NCBI GenBank assembly: GCA_021204865.1
Contig: JAJPYQ010000046.1
Location: 257 to 64,256, forward strand
DNA: 64,000 nt
Source: Prevotellaceae bacterium
GTDB taxonomy: Bacteria > Bacteroidota > Bacteroidia > Bacteroidales > Bacteroidaceae
Direction of reading: 5' to 3'
Below the pieces are notes generated by a model, which saw only the letters and a list, made by a program, of their open reading frames with translations, had not been told where the DNA came from and did not search any database. Of the stretch, positions 1 through 8,975 are shown one piece after another. How positions within the stretch are numbered: the first letter of the stretch is position 1; each line of letters opens with the position of its first letter. The position numbers and the translations under genes were made by a program.

Positions 1-3000
1 TATCCGTCGGTCAATGACGTAGACGCTGAAGGCTTGGCTCCCTGCCGTGCCCTCGACACCAAGCAGGTAGTCCGAGAGGCCGGGGTAGCTGTCGGGCAGG
101 GGAGAGGCTGTGGACAGGAAGTAGGCGGTGAAGGGTGCGACGGCAGTCTCTTGCTCCAAGGGGAGGAAGAGGTTCTCGGCGCTGTTATACAGGTAGCAGC
201 CCGAGCCTTGGGTGAGGCTTGTGAGCGTGCCGTTGCCAGTGAAGTCGGAGGAAGGGAGGCTTGCGTCGGTGCTGCCCATCTTGAAGGTGAGAGCCTCGCT
301 CTTAAGCTCGTCGGCAGGCCATAGCAGGTACGCCCCTGCTGGTATTGCCTTGCCACTGGAGACGCTGGCAAGCTGGAACTCCGAGCCGCTGTATTGGGCG
401 AGCAGGAAGCTCTCAGAGGCGTCGCTCAGCGTCTGGCTTGAGGTGTACGTCGTGCTTATTATGCTGTCCACGTCGGCGGGGAAGAAGAGGGGCAGGGGAG
501 CGTCGTCGCTTGGGCTGAGGGTGAGCCAGCGCTGCTTGCCGGTGAGGTTAGCGGTGAGCGAGCCCGTCTTAGAGCCGTCGCTCAGCAGTTCGATTGCCGA
601 GGCTTGGGCGAGAAGGCTTGCGTCCGCAGTCTCACCCTTTGAGACGCTGACGAGCAGAGGTGCGCTCCACTCTGTGCCGTGCCCGTTGCACTGGCTTGGC
701 GTGACCTGTAGGAGTGTGCTTGAGCCTTGGAAGGCAGTCTCGTCCACCTGCTCAAGCCCCTCGGAGGCTACAAGCCTCTCCGCAAGCGTCACTCCGCTGA
801 GGGCGTAGGGGGCGATGGCGGTGCAGGCGGAGGGGAGGCTCAGGCAGCGGCTGCGCAGTCCCTCGGGCACTCGCAGGAGGGTGGCGAGGTCGGCTGTGTA
901 GAGCAGCGACGAGGAGGAGGCGAAGCTCCCGTTGCCCTCGCTCACCTCCAGCGAGGCGAGGCTCTTGCAGCCGCTGAAGAGGGGCTGCTCGTCGCTTAGG
1001 ATAGTGCTAAGCGTGAGCGTCTCTATGTCTACGCCCGAGGGGATGGAGGAGGAGAGCTGGGTGATGTCGGCGAGGGCGTAGGCAGACGTTGAATAAGTCT
1101 CGCTCTCGCTGTCGGTGGTGATGGTTAGCGTCCATGAGCCGTCTGCCTCGTGGCTCAGCAAGGCGGTGAAGCTGGAGCAGCCTTGTGTAAGGGAGAAGGT
1201 CTTCACCTCCGAGCTGCCGCACTTAAGCACGACGCTCCCCGAGGCTGCGAGGTAGAGCTGGAAGCCCGAGGGGTAAGCGTCCGCCAGTGCGTCCGTGCCA
1301 GTGGCGATAAGTCCCGAGCCCCACTGGTTGAACGTTGAGCCGTCGGTGCTTATCTCTGCGCTTAGCGTCCAGTCCCCCTCCGTGGAGAGCGTGTTGCTTA
1401 GCTCTATCAGCTTGTTCTGCGTGCCGTCGCCCGTCCAAGCGTAGGTCTCCGTCTGGGTTGCCCCCTCTGTGCCGAGGCTGCGCACAGCCGCCCCTATGAC
1501 GACGCTCTCAAGCCCCTCGTTGCCCTTCATAAAGCCGGGGGCGAGGGCGACGATAGGGTAGTCCTTGCCGTCGTAGGTGTAGACCTCTGGTATCACCAGC
1601 GAGCCGCTGCCTTCGACGGGGGCGACGAGCGTGAGCTCCCCCTCGCCGCTGGCTGTGTAGCTGAGCGTCCAGTCGTTGAGCGTAAGGTATTCGGGCAGGT
1701 CTAACGAGAAGGAGGCGGTGAACGTTCCGCTCTCGGCAGGCACGAGCTGGTAGTTAGCCTCGGAGGATACTTCTCGCCCCCACTGGTCAGTCCAGCAGCG
1801 GAAGACGTAGCCCGACGCTGGCTGTGCCTGAAGGGTTATGCTCTCGCCCGGCTGCACGGTGGCAGTCGCCCCCACGCCGCTTATCGTCGCCGTCCCCTTA
1901 GCCTCGTCTTCGCTGAGAGCCGTTATGGTGCAGGCTTGGGCAGGGTACTCAAGCACGTTGAGACGTATCTCGTAGACCATACGCGCGGTCGTGGCGGAGG
2001 CAGGCTTAGCCCCCGTCGTGCTGTCCCAGCCGCCCGTCCAAGCCCCGTCGAAGCGCATCCTTATGTGCGTTATCCCCACAGGCATCTCGCTGGGGAGCAG
2101 CAGCTGTATCGAGCCGCTGCACACCGAGTAGTCCTGCGAGTTGGGCGTGCCTACCACAGCTATAAGCTCTCCCTCGTCGTCGAAGTCTCCGTCGGCGTTC
2201 GTGTCGATGTAGGCGGAGAGGAGGCAGTAGCTCAAGCCGTCTCCGTTGGGGTCAGTCCAGGAGATGGTGAGGCTGCTGCCCCGTGCCGCGCTGATGACCT
2301 GCGGCACGATGTTGTAGAGCTGCGAGGGGCAGGCGGAGGCGGTGTAGAAGACGTACGGGTCAACGTCCACCTGCGAGGCTCGGAACTCGCTGACGTACTG
2401 CCCGTAGCTCTCTATGGTGCTAAGCTCACTGTCGTCCGCCTCGGGGGCGGTCCACTTGTCGACGACGAAGTGGGCGGTGAACGTCTGCTCCTCCTTACCA
2501 TAATAATAGAAGGGGCTGCTCGTTCCCACGGTGTTGCCCTCGGCGTCTGTCCAGTAGAGGAAGTCGTAGCCGTCGGCGGGGGTTGCCTCTATCTCAACGT
2601 CGTCGGCAGTGGTGACGGAGCTCTCGCCCCCTATGCTTGCCGTGCCTTGGCTTGTGTCCTCGCTAAGGGCGGACACGGTGCGTGCCTCCGTAACGTCGTC
2701 AGCGAGGATAAGGGTGAACTTGACGATAGTGCCGTCAGCCAGCTCCACCTGCGCCGCTACCCTCGTGGCTACAGCGTCGGAAGGGATGCTTATCGTGAGG
2801 CTGCTAACCGTCTCGCCCTCGGAGAACGAGCCGTCGTTGTTGAAGTCAACGGAGAAGGCAGCCTCCTGCTCCGTCTCGATGGGGCAGGTGAAGGTCTCGC
2901 CCCTCTTTGCCCTTGCGATGTACGAGTCCGAGAAGTCCTGCTCCTCTGCGTAGGAGATGTAGCGCAGTCCGTCAGCCTCTGTGCCGAAGGTGGTGAAGTA

Positions 3001-5139
3001 CTTGGGGAAGAGGCTTGCTGCTACCGTCGTGGTCTCGCCCACTGTCTTGGCAGAGTACTGCGTGCTGTAGTCCACCGTCCAGGCGTACTCCCAGTCGAAC
3101 CAGTCGGAGAGCGACTTCCCCTCGTCGAGAGCCTCGAAGAAGCGCTTCCACCGCTCGTAGTGGAAGTCCTTGAGCAAGCCAGCCCACTCACGGTTGGAGT
3201 AGTCGTGCAAGCCTCCTGAGTTGGCTGCCTCACGTGTTCCCCACACGGTTATCAGTGTGCGGGCGTTCCACTCCATCCAGTCCTTGTCGTCTGTGGTAGT
3301 GCCGCTTGCCTCGTCTGTCACCGCCCTTGCCATCTGCGTCCACCTGCCGAGGGTGTAGGGCTTGCAGGTGGCGAGCAGACTGTCTTGGTCGAGGATGAGC
3401 TGGAGGAACATGTCCCTAAGTGCCTCGTACTTCTCAGTGTCGCCACTCGTGTAAGCAGCGTTCACCTGCTTCAGCAGAGAGTTGGCTCGGTCTGTTATAG
3501 CCTGCCTTACAGCGTCGCAGAGGTCGTAGCTGTAGTTCTCCCCCTGAAGCTGGTCTTTGAGCGAGAGCAGAAGGGCAGCCGCCTTTATGATGTCCTCACG
3601 GTCGTAGTAGATGGTGCTGGTGCTCCAGCTCGACACGGAGGAGACCGTCAGGCTTGGGCGTGCGCATATCACAGGCTCTGACGTGCCTTGCTGCGAGGTC
3701 TGGCAGTTGAGGGCGGAGTTGCCTATCAGCTCCCAAGCGTCGAGGGCAGCATCGGGGGCAGAGCCGTAGCGGCAAGCCACGTATTCATCTCGCCATTGGT
3801 CAGCGTCGCACGTCTCGCGCCACGGCAGCTCGAAGAGGGCGTCGTAGAGGATGGGGTTAGTCTCAATGCCCTCGGGCGTAGCTCCTATGCCCTTCAGCTG
3901 TGAGGGGTACGTCGAGAGAGCGTCGTAGTAGCCCTCGATGGTGGTCTTCAGTCTGCCGTGCATGCCGACACGTCCTCCGAAGTTGTGCAGCATACAGTAG
4001 AGAAAGTCGTGTCCGCTGTAGCCTCCTGACCATTTGGGCTGCCCGTCACTGAAGAGGTCGAGGATGAGCAGCTTGCCCTTCTCCACGGTGTTGAGGCACT
4101 GCGAGGTAGGGTTCTCGTTCCAGCTCTGGATGACCCACTGAGCGTCGGGGTTGCACGTGTTCATAGCCGTCTCGATGGCGGTGTAGGCAGCGTTAAGGTC
4201 AACGCCAGAGGTGTTGCCGCCCTCGTGGAAGGGGTCCATGCTGTAGTACTTCGACGTGCCCATCAGGTCGGTGAGCTTCTCGTAGTAGAGCTTGGACATA
4301 GTGGTGAAGGCTTCGCTTGATGGGTCGAGGAAGCCGGGTCGGGAGAAGCCGCACCACGTGCCGGGGTCGCTTATCGTCCAGCCGAGCTTAGTGCTTACGT
4401 TGCTCGGCACCATCCCGCTGTAGCCCGGAAGGATAGGCTCCATACCGAGTTCCCTCATCCGTTGCAGTATCTTCTTGCAGAGCTCTTCCTGCCTTGTGTA
4501 CCACCAGCTGGGGTTCACCCCGCCCCAGCCCATGAGGTTGTTCATCAGCCACCACGCCTGAAAGCCGGGACCCGCTATGAAGTCCCCTATCTCGTCGTTG
4601 GTGTAGCCCAGCTCCTTAAGCACGCCTTGCCACACAACGTCCGCCCCCACAAGAGCCAAGGGCATGTTCACCCCGTGCAGAGCCATCCAGTCTATCTCCT
4701 GCTCCCATCGCTCCCACGTCCAGAACGCCATGGAGTAGGAGAACGTGCAGTAGTTAAGGTAGTAGCGGCACTCGGCCGTGCTGGTGTGCGTCTCGTCGGA
4801 TGAAGGAACGGGCAGCGACACCGTTGTGAGGTCGGTGGTGAGGCTGCTCCACGTGAGGTTGACGTGGGCGTAGTGGTTAAGGTACCAGTTCAGCCCCGCT
4901 GTGGTCGCCGAGAGGGTGCTGCCCTTGATGCAGGGCTTGTTGTCCTTGCTGGTGATAAGGAAGGTCTCGCTGCCGCCGTCTTGGGCGAGCGTCTCGTCCA
5001 CCGCCAGTTCAATAAGGTCTGCTGCCCCAGTGCCTCCGATGCGTGTGAGCAGACTCGAGAGAGCCTCGTCAGTGCTTGCTGCTTTGAGGTTAAGGGCGAA
5101 GAGGATGGCAGCCGCCATCGTGATAAGCTTCTTTTCCAT
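1..5139 (-). CDS. alpha-N-acetylglucosaminidase (GH89 / NAGLU-like) with a long C-terminal surface-protein extension; 3' end runs off the window
   Basis: Own translation of the minus strand from ATG 5139-5137 (MEKKLITMAAAILFALNLKA..., signal-peptide-like) stays open to position 1 (1713 codons). The ORF track lists no minus ORF in this frame, as expected for a frame with no stop in the window. The core reads FWTWERWEQEIDWMALHGVNMPLALVGADVVWQGVLKELGY...AGPGFQAWWLMNNLMGWGG, a NAGLU-type hallmark. The C-terminal part has BspA-type LRR-like segments. The + strand ORFs here are Ala/Gly/Arg/Val-rich antisense shadows. Confidence 0.8.
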   Translation of the reverse strand, partial: MEKKLITMAAAILFALNLKAASTDEALSSLLTRIGGTGAADLIELAVDETLAQDGGSETFLITSKDNKPCIKGSTLSATTAGLNWYLNHYAHVNLTWSSLTTDLTTVSLPVPSSDETHTSTAECRYYLNYCTFSYSMAFWTWERWEQEIDWMALHGVNMPLALVGADVVWQGVLKELGYTNDEIGDFIAGPGFQAWWLMNNLMGWGGVNPSWWYTRQEELCKKILQRMRELGMEPILPGYSGMVPSNVSTKLGWTISDPGTWCGFSRPGFLDPSSEAFTTMSKLYYEKLTDLMGTSKYYSMDPFHEGGNTSGVDLNAAYTAIETAMNTCNPDAQWVIQSWNENPTSQCLNTVEKGKLLILDLFSDGQPKWSGGYSGHDFLYCMLHNFGGRVGMHGRLKTTIEGYYDALSTYPSQLKGIGATPEGIETNPILYDALFELPWRETCDADQWRDEYVACRYGSAPDAALDAWELIGNSALNCQTSQQGTSEPVICARPSLTVSSVSSWSTSTIYYDREDIIKAAALLLSLKDQLQGENYSYDLCDAVRQAITDRANSLLKQVNAAYTSGDTEKYEALRDMFLQLILDQDSLLATCKPYTLGRWTQMARAVTDEASGTTTDDKDWMEWNARTLITVWGTREAANSGGLHDYSNREWAGLLKDFHYERWKRFFEALDEGKSLSDWFDWEYAWTVDYSTQYSAKTVGETTTVAASLFPKYFTTFGTEADGLRYISYAEEQDFSDSYIARAKRGETFTCPIETEQEAAFSVDFNNDGSFSEGETVSSLTISIPSDAVATRVAAQVELADGTIVKFTLILADDVTEARTVSALSEDTSQGTASIGGESSVTTADDVEIEATPADGYDFLYWTDAEGNTVGTSSPFYYYGKEEQTFTAHFVVDKWTAPEADDSELSTIESYGQYVSEFRASQVDVDPYVFYTASACPSQLYNIVPQVISAARGSSLTISWTDPNGDGLSYCLLSAYIDTNADGDFDDEGELIAVVGTPNSQDYSVCSGSIQLLLPSEMPVGITHIRMRFDGAWTGGWDSTTGAKPASATTARMVYEIRLNVLEYPAQACTITALSEDEAKGTATISGVGATATVQPGESITLQAQPASGYVFRCWTDQWGREVSSEANYQLVPAESGTFTASFSLDLPEYLTLNDWTLSYTASGEGELTLVAPVEGSGSLVIPEVYTYDGKDYPIVALAPGFMKGNEGLESVVIGAAVRSLGTEGATQTETYAWTGDGTQNKLIELSNTLSTEGDWTLSAEISTDGSTFNQWGSGLIATGTDALADAYPSGFQLYLAASGSVVLKCGSSEVKTFSLTQGCSSFTALLSHEADGSWTLTITTDSESETYSTSAYALADITQLSSSIPSGVDIETLTLSTILSDEQPLFSGCKSLASLEVSEGNGSFASSSSLLYTADLATLLRVPEGLRSRCLSLPSACTAIAPYALSGVTLAERLVASEGLEQVDETAFQGSSTLLQVTPSQCNGHGTEWSAPLLVSVSKGETADASLLAQASAIELLSDGSKTGSLTANLTGKQRWLTLSPSDDAPLPLFFPADVDSIISTTYTSSQTLSDASESFLLAQYSGSEFQLASVSSGKAIPAGAYLLWPADELKSEALTFKMGSTDASLPSSDFTGNGTLTSLTQGSGCYLYNSAENLFLPLEQETAVAPFTAYFLSTASPLPDSYPGLSDYLLGVEGTAGSQAFSVYVIDRRI

Positions 5140-5183
5140 AGGTATAAGGGTGTTAATCGGTTTAATCGGTAAGAGGTTTGGGG

Positions 5184-5191
5184 CAAAGGTA
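5184..5191 (-). promoter_or_regulatory. Bacteroidota-type -7 box (TACCTTTG) for the GH89 gene
   Basis: The reverse complement of caaaggta is TACCTTTG, 45 nt upstream of the ATG at 5139. It matches the published TAnnTTTG consensus. Confidence 0.45.
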
Positions 5192-5258
5192 GAACAATTT
5201 CCCCTCATGCCCCAAGACTTGTGGGGAAAGTTGCCTAACTTCGCGCTGTTGCCCGCCT

Positions 5259-6152
5259 ATGGAAGCATACCTCATCATTAAGAAGTACCTTGAGGAGGAG
5301 AAGCTTAGCTTCGACAGCCTCGACTCGCTCGACAGGGTGTCGCTCCAATGCTTCATAGCTCAGAGCTTCGGCGTGGAGGTGAACGCGGTCTCCGTGGGCG
5401 ACTTCCCCTCGCTCGAAGCCTTGGCTGAATATGTGGACAGACGCAAGACACGCACCGAGCCCCGGCGGGTTAACTGGCACGAGCTGCTCGCCCTCTCCCT
5501 GCCGATAGAGCTGCCCTCGTCCACCGTCTTCTTCCCCCTCGCCTCCAAGCTGCTCAGGCTGTGGCTTGGCCTTTACCACCGCCTGAGCATAAGGGGCAGG
5601 GAGAACATCCCCAAGGCGGGGCCCTTCATCCTCGCACCGAACCACCAGAGCTTCCTTGATGGCGCCGCCGTCATGAGCGGCATACGCTGGGCGGGAGTGA
5701 AGCACTTCTACTTCTTCGCCACCGAGGACCACGTGCGTACGCCCCTCGTGCGCTTCATGGCGAGGCACTCCAACGTCGTGGTGATGGAGAGGCAGAACCT
5801 CAAGGACTCCATCCACCGCCTGGCAGAGGTGCTGCGGCAAGGGCAGAACCTCATCATCTTCCCCGAGGGCTCCAGGACGCACACGGGAGAGCTGGGACAG
5901 TTCAAGCGGACGTACGCTATCATGAGCCTCGAGCTTGGAGTGCCAGTCGTGCCTGTCTGCATCCGAGGGGCGTTCGAGGCGTGGCCGAGGAAGCGGCGCA
6001 TCGCGCGTCCAGGGAAGGTGACCGTCGAGTACCTGCCCCCCGTCATTCCCCACCGCAGCAGCTCGTACGAGCAGCTCAACGCTGAGGTCCGCACTGCCAT
6101 CCTTCAGAGGCTTCGCGGCGCCTCACCGCTGAGCCGCGACAAAGGTGTGTAG
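5259..6152 (+). CDS. PlsC-family lysophospholipid acyltransferase with an N-terminal carrier-protein-like domain
   Basis: HX4D motif NHQSFLD and FPEGSRT acyltransferase motifs are present. The N-terminal 70 aa contains LDSLDRVSL, resembling a phosphopantetheine attachment DSL site. Confidence 0.75.
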   Translation: MEAYLIIKKYLEEEKLSFDSLDSLDRVSLQCFIAQSFGVEVNAVSVGDFPSLEALAEYVDRRKTRTEPRRVNWHELLALSLPIELPSSTVFFPLASKLLRLWLGLYHRLSIRGRENIPKAGPFILAPNHQSFLDGAAVMSGIRWAGVKHFYFFATEDHVRTPLVRFMARHSNVVVMERQNLKDSIHRLAEVLRQGQNLIIFPEGSRTHTGELGQFKRTYAIMSLELGVPVVPVCIRGAFEAWPRKRRIARPGKVTVEYLPPVIPHRSSSYEQLNAEVRTAILQRLRGASPLSRDKGV

Positions 6153-6312
6153 ACCCCTTGGCAAAAGAGGTGTAGACCCCTTTGGCAGAAGAGGTGTAGA
6201 CCCCTTTGGGTGCAGAGGTGTAGACCCCTTTGGCAGAAGAGGTGTAGACCCCTTTGAGTGCAGAGGTGTAGACCTCTTTGACAGAAGGGGTGTAGAGGGT
6301 CGTCGCCAAGGG
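6144..6312. repeat. 24-bp tandem array, 7 units (family A), consensus GGTGTAGACCCCTTTGGCAGAAGA
   Basis: Unit starts counted at 6144, 6169, 6193, 6217, 6241, 6265 and 6289. The first unit contains the TAG stop of the upstream gene. The last unit pairs with an inverted copy at 6313-6322. Confidence 0.9.
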
Positions 6313-6382
6313 CCTCTACACCGAAAAAGGGGTTTCTCCCACTTTTTAAGGGAAATCCCCCTCAGGGCACACTGAAAATGCG

Positions 6383-6390
6383 TACCTTTG
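6383..6390 (+). promoter_or_regulatory. -7 box TACCTTTG
   Basis: Exact TAnnTTTG match 23 nt upstream of the ATG at 6413. Confidence 0.5.
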
Positions 6391-6412
6391 CCTCAGACTT
6401 AACACGAACACT

Positions 6413-7414
6413 ATGAACGCAAGACTTCTACTTATGGCTCTCGTCGCGGCGCTCCCCTCTCTGGGACGGGCGCAGGACGCAGACGACATGTACTTCACCC
6501 CTAAGAAGAAGAGCCAGCAGACCGCCACAACGACGCAGACGCGCCCAGTATACACCGAGCCCGTCCTGAGGCAGCAGGACGACGACACCGTCTCCTGCTA
6601 CACGGGGCAGCTCCGTGACGTGGACGAGTACAACCGACGCTCTACTGCCCCCAGTCAGGGCGACCCAGACGTGGTCGTGATAGACACGCTGGGGATGCAG
6701 TGGGTCTTGACCAAGACGGACACGGGCGACTACGTGTGGCTCCCCCTCGAGGACGAAGAGGAGCAGGCAAGCGAGGACGCAGGCTCGCCTGACTACACGG
6801 GGAGCGACGACTACAGCTGCTCCTCACGCCTGGTGCGCTTCCACGGCTACGTCACACCGTACGGAGCCCTTTGGGTAGACCCTTGGTACTACGACTCGTG
6901 GTACTACGACCCCTGGTACGGCTGGTATAGCCCCTGGTACGGCTGGGGCTGGGGCTTAGGCTGGGGTCTCGGCTGGGGCTGGTACGGATGGTATGGAGCT
7001 GGCTGGCACGGGGGCTGGTGGCCTCACGCAGGCATGGCCTACGGCGGCAGAAGGGGAAGCACCTTCGGGCACATAAGAGGCGGGGCCTTGGCGTCGTCGA
7101 GGCGAGGCGGCACTGGGTATAACGCCCGCTCCACCGCATCCCGAGGCACTACCGTAGCAAGGGGCAACACCGCGAGCCGCTCCACCGCCGCGCAGCGAAG
7201 CACACGCTCCAACGTGAGCCGAAGCACAAGCACATCTCGCAGCACAAGCACATCCCGCAGCGCAGGCACATCCCGCAGCTCGGGCGTGAGCCGCGGCAGC
7301 GGCTTCTCGGGAGGCAGCTCAAGGGGAGGCTTCGGAGGAGGCTTTAGTGGCGGAGGCTCTCGAGGTGGAGGCTTCGGCGGAGGCGGCTCACGAGGCGGCG
7401 GAGGACGCAGATAA
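6413..7414 (+). CDS. secreted low-complexity protein (Trp/Tyr/Gly-rich core, Ser/Thr/Arg and RGG-type tail)
   Basis: Signal peptide MNARLLLMALVAALPSLGRAQD. Core WYYDSWYYDPWYGWYSPWYGWGWGLGWGLGWGWYGWYGAGWHGGWW. Tail ...SRGGFGGGFSGGGSRGGGFGGGGSRGGGGRR. A promoter box lies upstream and the next gene starts 21 nt downstream. Confidence 0.6.
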   Translation: MNARLLLMALVAALPSLGRAQDADDMYFTPKKKSQQTATTTQTRPVYTEPVLRQQDDDTVSCYTGQLRDVDEYNRRSTAPSQGDPDVVVIDTLGMQWVLTKTDTGDYVWLPLEDEEEQASEDAGSPDYTGSDDYSCSSRLVRFHGYVTPYGALWVDPWYYDSWYYDPWYGWYSPWYGWGWGLGWGLGWGWYGWYGAGWHGGWWPHAGMAYGGRRGSTFGHIRGGALASSRRGGTGYNARSTASRGTTVARGNTASRSTAAQRSTRSNVSRSTSTSRSTSTSRSAGTSRSSGVSRGSGFSGGSSRGGFGGGFSGGGSRGGGFGGGGSRGGGGRR

Positions 7415-7435
7415 CTCTAACAACAGCATATCATT

Positions 7436-8971
7436 ATGAAGACACGGAACATACTGCTCGCCTTAGCAACGGCGGCGTGCGCCACGGTCAGCGCACAAGA
7501 CACTTACCTTAACGACCGCCTCACCGCCACCGACGACCTCAACGGCACAGCCCGCTACGTGGGCATGGGAGGAGCGCTCGGGGCTCTGGGGGCTGACCTC
7601 TCGGTCATCAGCGACAACCCCGCGGGGATAGGACTTTACCGAAAGAGCGACGTGGGGCTGTCCTTCGGCCTTGTGAAGCCTAACGGCAACGGCTGGGACA
7701 AGAACGACCGCTCGAGCTACGGAGAGAGGCTCACACACGCCTCCTTCGACCAGATGGGGCTTGTGTTCAGCCTCAAGTGCGACAGCAAGCTCAAGTACGC
7801 CAACTTCGCAGTCAACTACCAGAAGAAGGCGAACTACAACCTCGGCTTCTTCGCCGACAACCCTAACCTCGGGGGCTACTCGCAGATGGACCAGCTGGCG
7901 GAGCTGGCTACCGCTGGCTTCGGCACTGACCAAAACCTCGCGGGGCTTGCGGCTATGCCTTACGCTAAAGACCCCTCGATGGACAACTACTACCTCTCGC
8001 AAGACGAGCAGGGCTACTACAACCAGTACTCAAGCTACAGCAACAACTACACACGCCACCAGACGGGTTCCTTGCAAGCCTTCGACATCAACGCCTCCTT
8101 TAATATAATGGACCGTGTCTACGTGGGGGCTACCTTCGGGGTGGACAACCTCGACTACCGTGCTTGGAGCGAGTACGCGGAGTACGGGGGCGATGACCTT
8201 CTGAACCACGCTGTCTACAACGACGTGGAGGTGGACGGCTACGGGCTTAACGCCAAGTTCGGCATTATCGTGCGACCGATAGAAGACAACTCCTTCCGCT
8301 TCGGCGTGACGCTCGAGACCCCCACGTGGTACAGACTGAAGAACTCAACCATCTTCAACCTCGACCAAAGCGACAAGCCTGAGAGCTACCTCGAGTTCAC
8401 CATAAGGACGCCTTGGAAGGGGCGCATAAGCTTCGGCTCTACGGTCTCTAACGTCTTCGCCTGGGGGCTGGAGTACGAGTACGCCAACTACGGCAAGACC
8501 TCGATGGGCTACCCCTGCTGGGACGAGTGGGACTACTACCACTCAGGGCTTGCCAGCGACCCCGACTTCGCCATGAACCAGCACACGAAGAGTGTCCTGC
8601 AAGGGCAGCACACACTGAAGATGGGCGTCGAGTACAAGCCCACGAGCGACCTCTCCCTGCGCCTCGGCTACAACTACATCTCAAGCCGATACAAGGACGG
8701 GGCGACGTTCGACCAGTACAGCATTGACTCCGAGGCTATGGACTACAGCACAAGCACGGACTACATGCTGCTTGGAGACGCCAACATCCTCACCGTGGGC
8801 TTGGGCTACAAGCTTAAGAGCTTCTACGTGGACCTCGCCTACAAGTTCCGAGCCCAGAGCGGAGACTTCTACGCCTTTGACAGCAGCTTCGCAGACGACT
8901 GGCAGCTCTCGCCCGTCAACGTGAACCTCAACCGACACCAACTGGTGCTGGGCTTGGGCTTCAAGTTCTGA
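7436..8971 (+). CDS. outer-membrane beta-barrel protein, FadL/PorV-like superfamily
   Basis: Signal peptide ...ATVSAQD. N-terminal motif GTARYVGMGGALGALGADLSVISDNPAGIGLY is typical of FadL/PorV-like barrels. The sequence shows an alternating aromatic pattern and ends in LGLGFKF. Confidence 0.7.
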   Translation: MKTRNILLALATAACATVSAQDTYLNDRLTATDDLNGTARYVGMGGALGALGADLSVISDNPAGIGLYRKSDVGLSFGLVKPNGNGWDKNDRSSYGERLTHASFDQMGLVFSLKCDSKLKYANFAVNYQKKANYNLGFFADNPNLGGYSQMDQLAELATAGFGTDQNLAGLAAMPYAKDPSMDNYYLSQDEQGYYNQYSSYSNNYTRHQTGSLQAFDINASFNIMDRVYVGATFGVDNLDYRAWSEYAEYGGDDLLNHAVYNDVEVDGYGLNAKFGIIVRPIEDNSFRFGVTLETPTWYRLKNSTIFNLDQSDKPESYLEFTIRTPWKGRISFGSTVSNVFAWGLEYEYANYGKTSMGYPCWDEWDYYHSGLASDPDFAMNQHTKSVLQGQHTLKMGVEYKPTSDLSLRLGYNYISSRYKDGATFDQYSIDSEAMDYSTSTDYMLLGDANILTVGLGYKLKSFYVDLAYKFRAQSGDFYAFDSSFADDWQLSPVNVNLNRHQLVLGLGFKF

Positions 8972-8975
8972 CGAG

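Noticed and set aside
1936-3219. 427-aa + strand ORF, plus the other + strand ORFs between 34 and 5281.
   Set aside because: They are Ala/Gly/Arg/Val-rich with no recognisable motifs. They lie antisense to a continuous, motif-bearing GH89 reading frame on the minus strand, which is the typical shadow-ORF pattern of GC3-rich coding DNA.
6144-6312. Tandem arrays considered as CRISPR (also 9563-9681, 51491-51634, 56290-56445 and 59333-59493).
   Set aside because: Units are head to tail with no unique spacers, periods are only 22-24 nt, and there are no cas genes in the window.
6145-6375. ORFs reading through the family-A arrays as RGVDPF-type peptide repeats (also 6076-6309, 56198-56482 and 56256-56465).
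   Set aside because: Multiple frames and both strands are open simply because the unit lacks stops. There is no promoter box or start context and no signal or anchor features. I treat them as non-coding, but note in the finding that stop codons alone cannot exclude coding.
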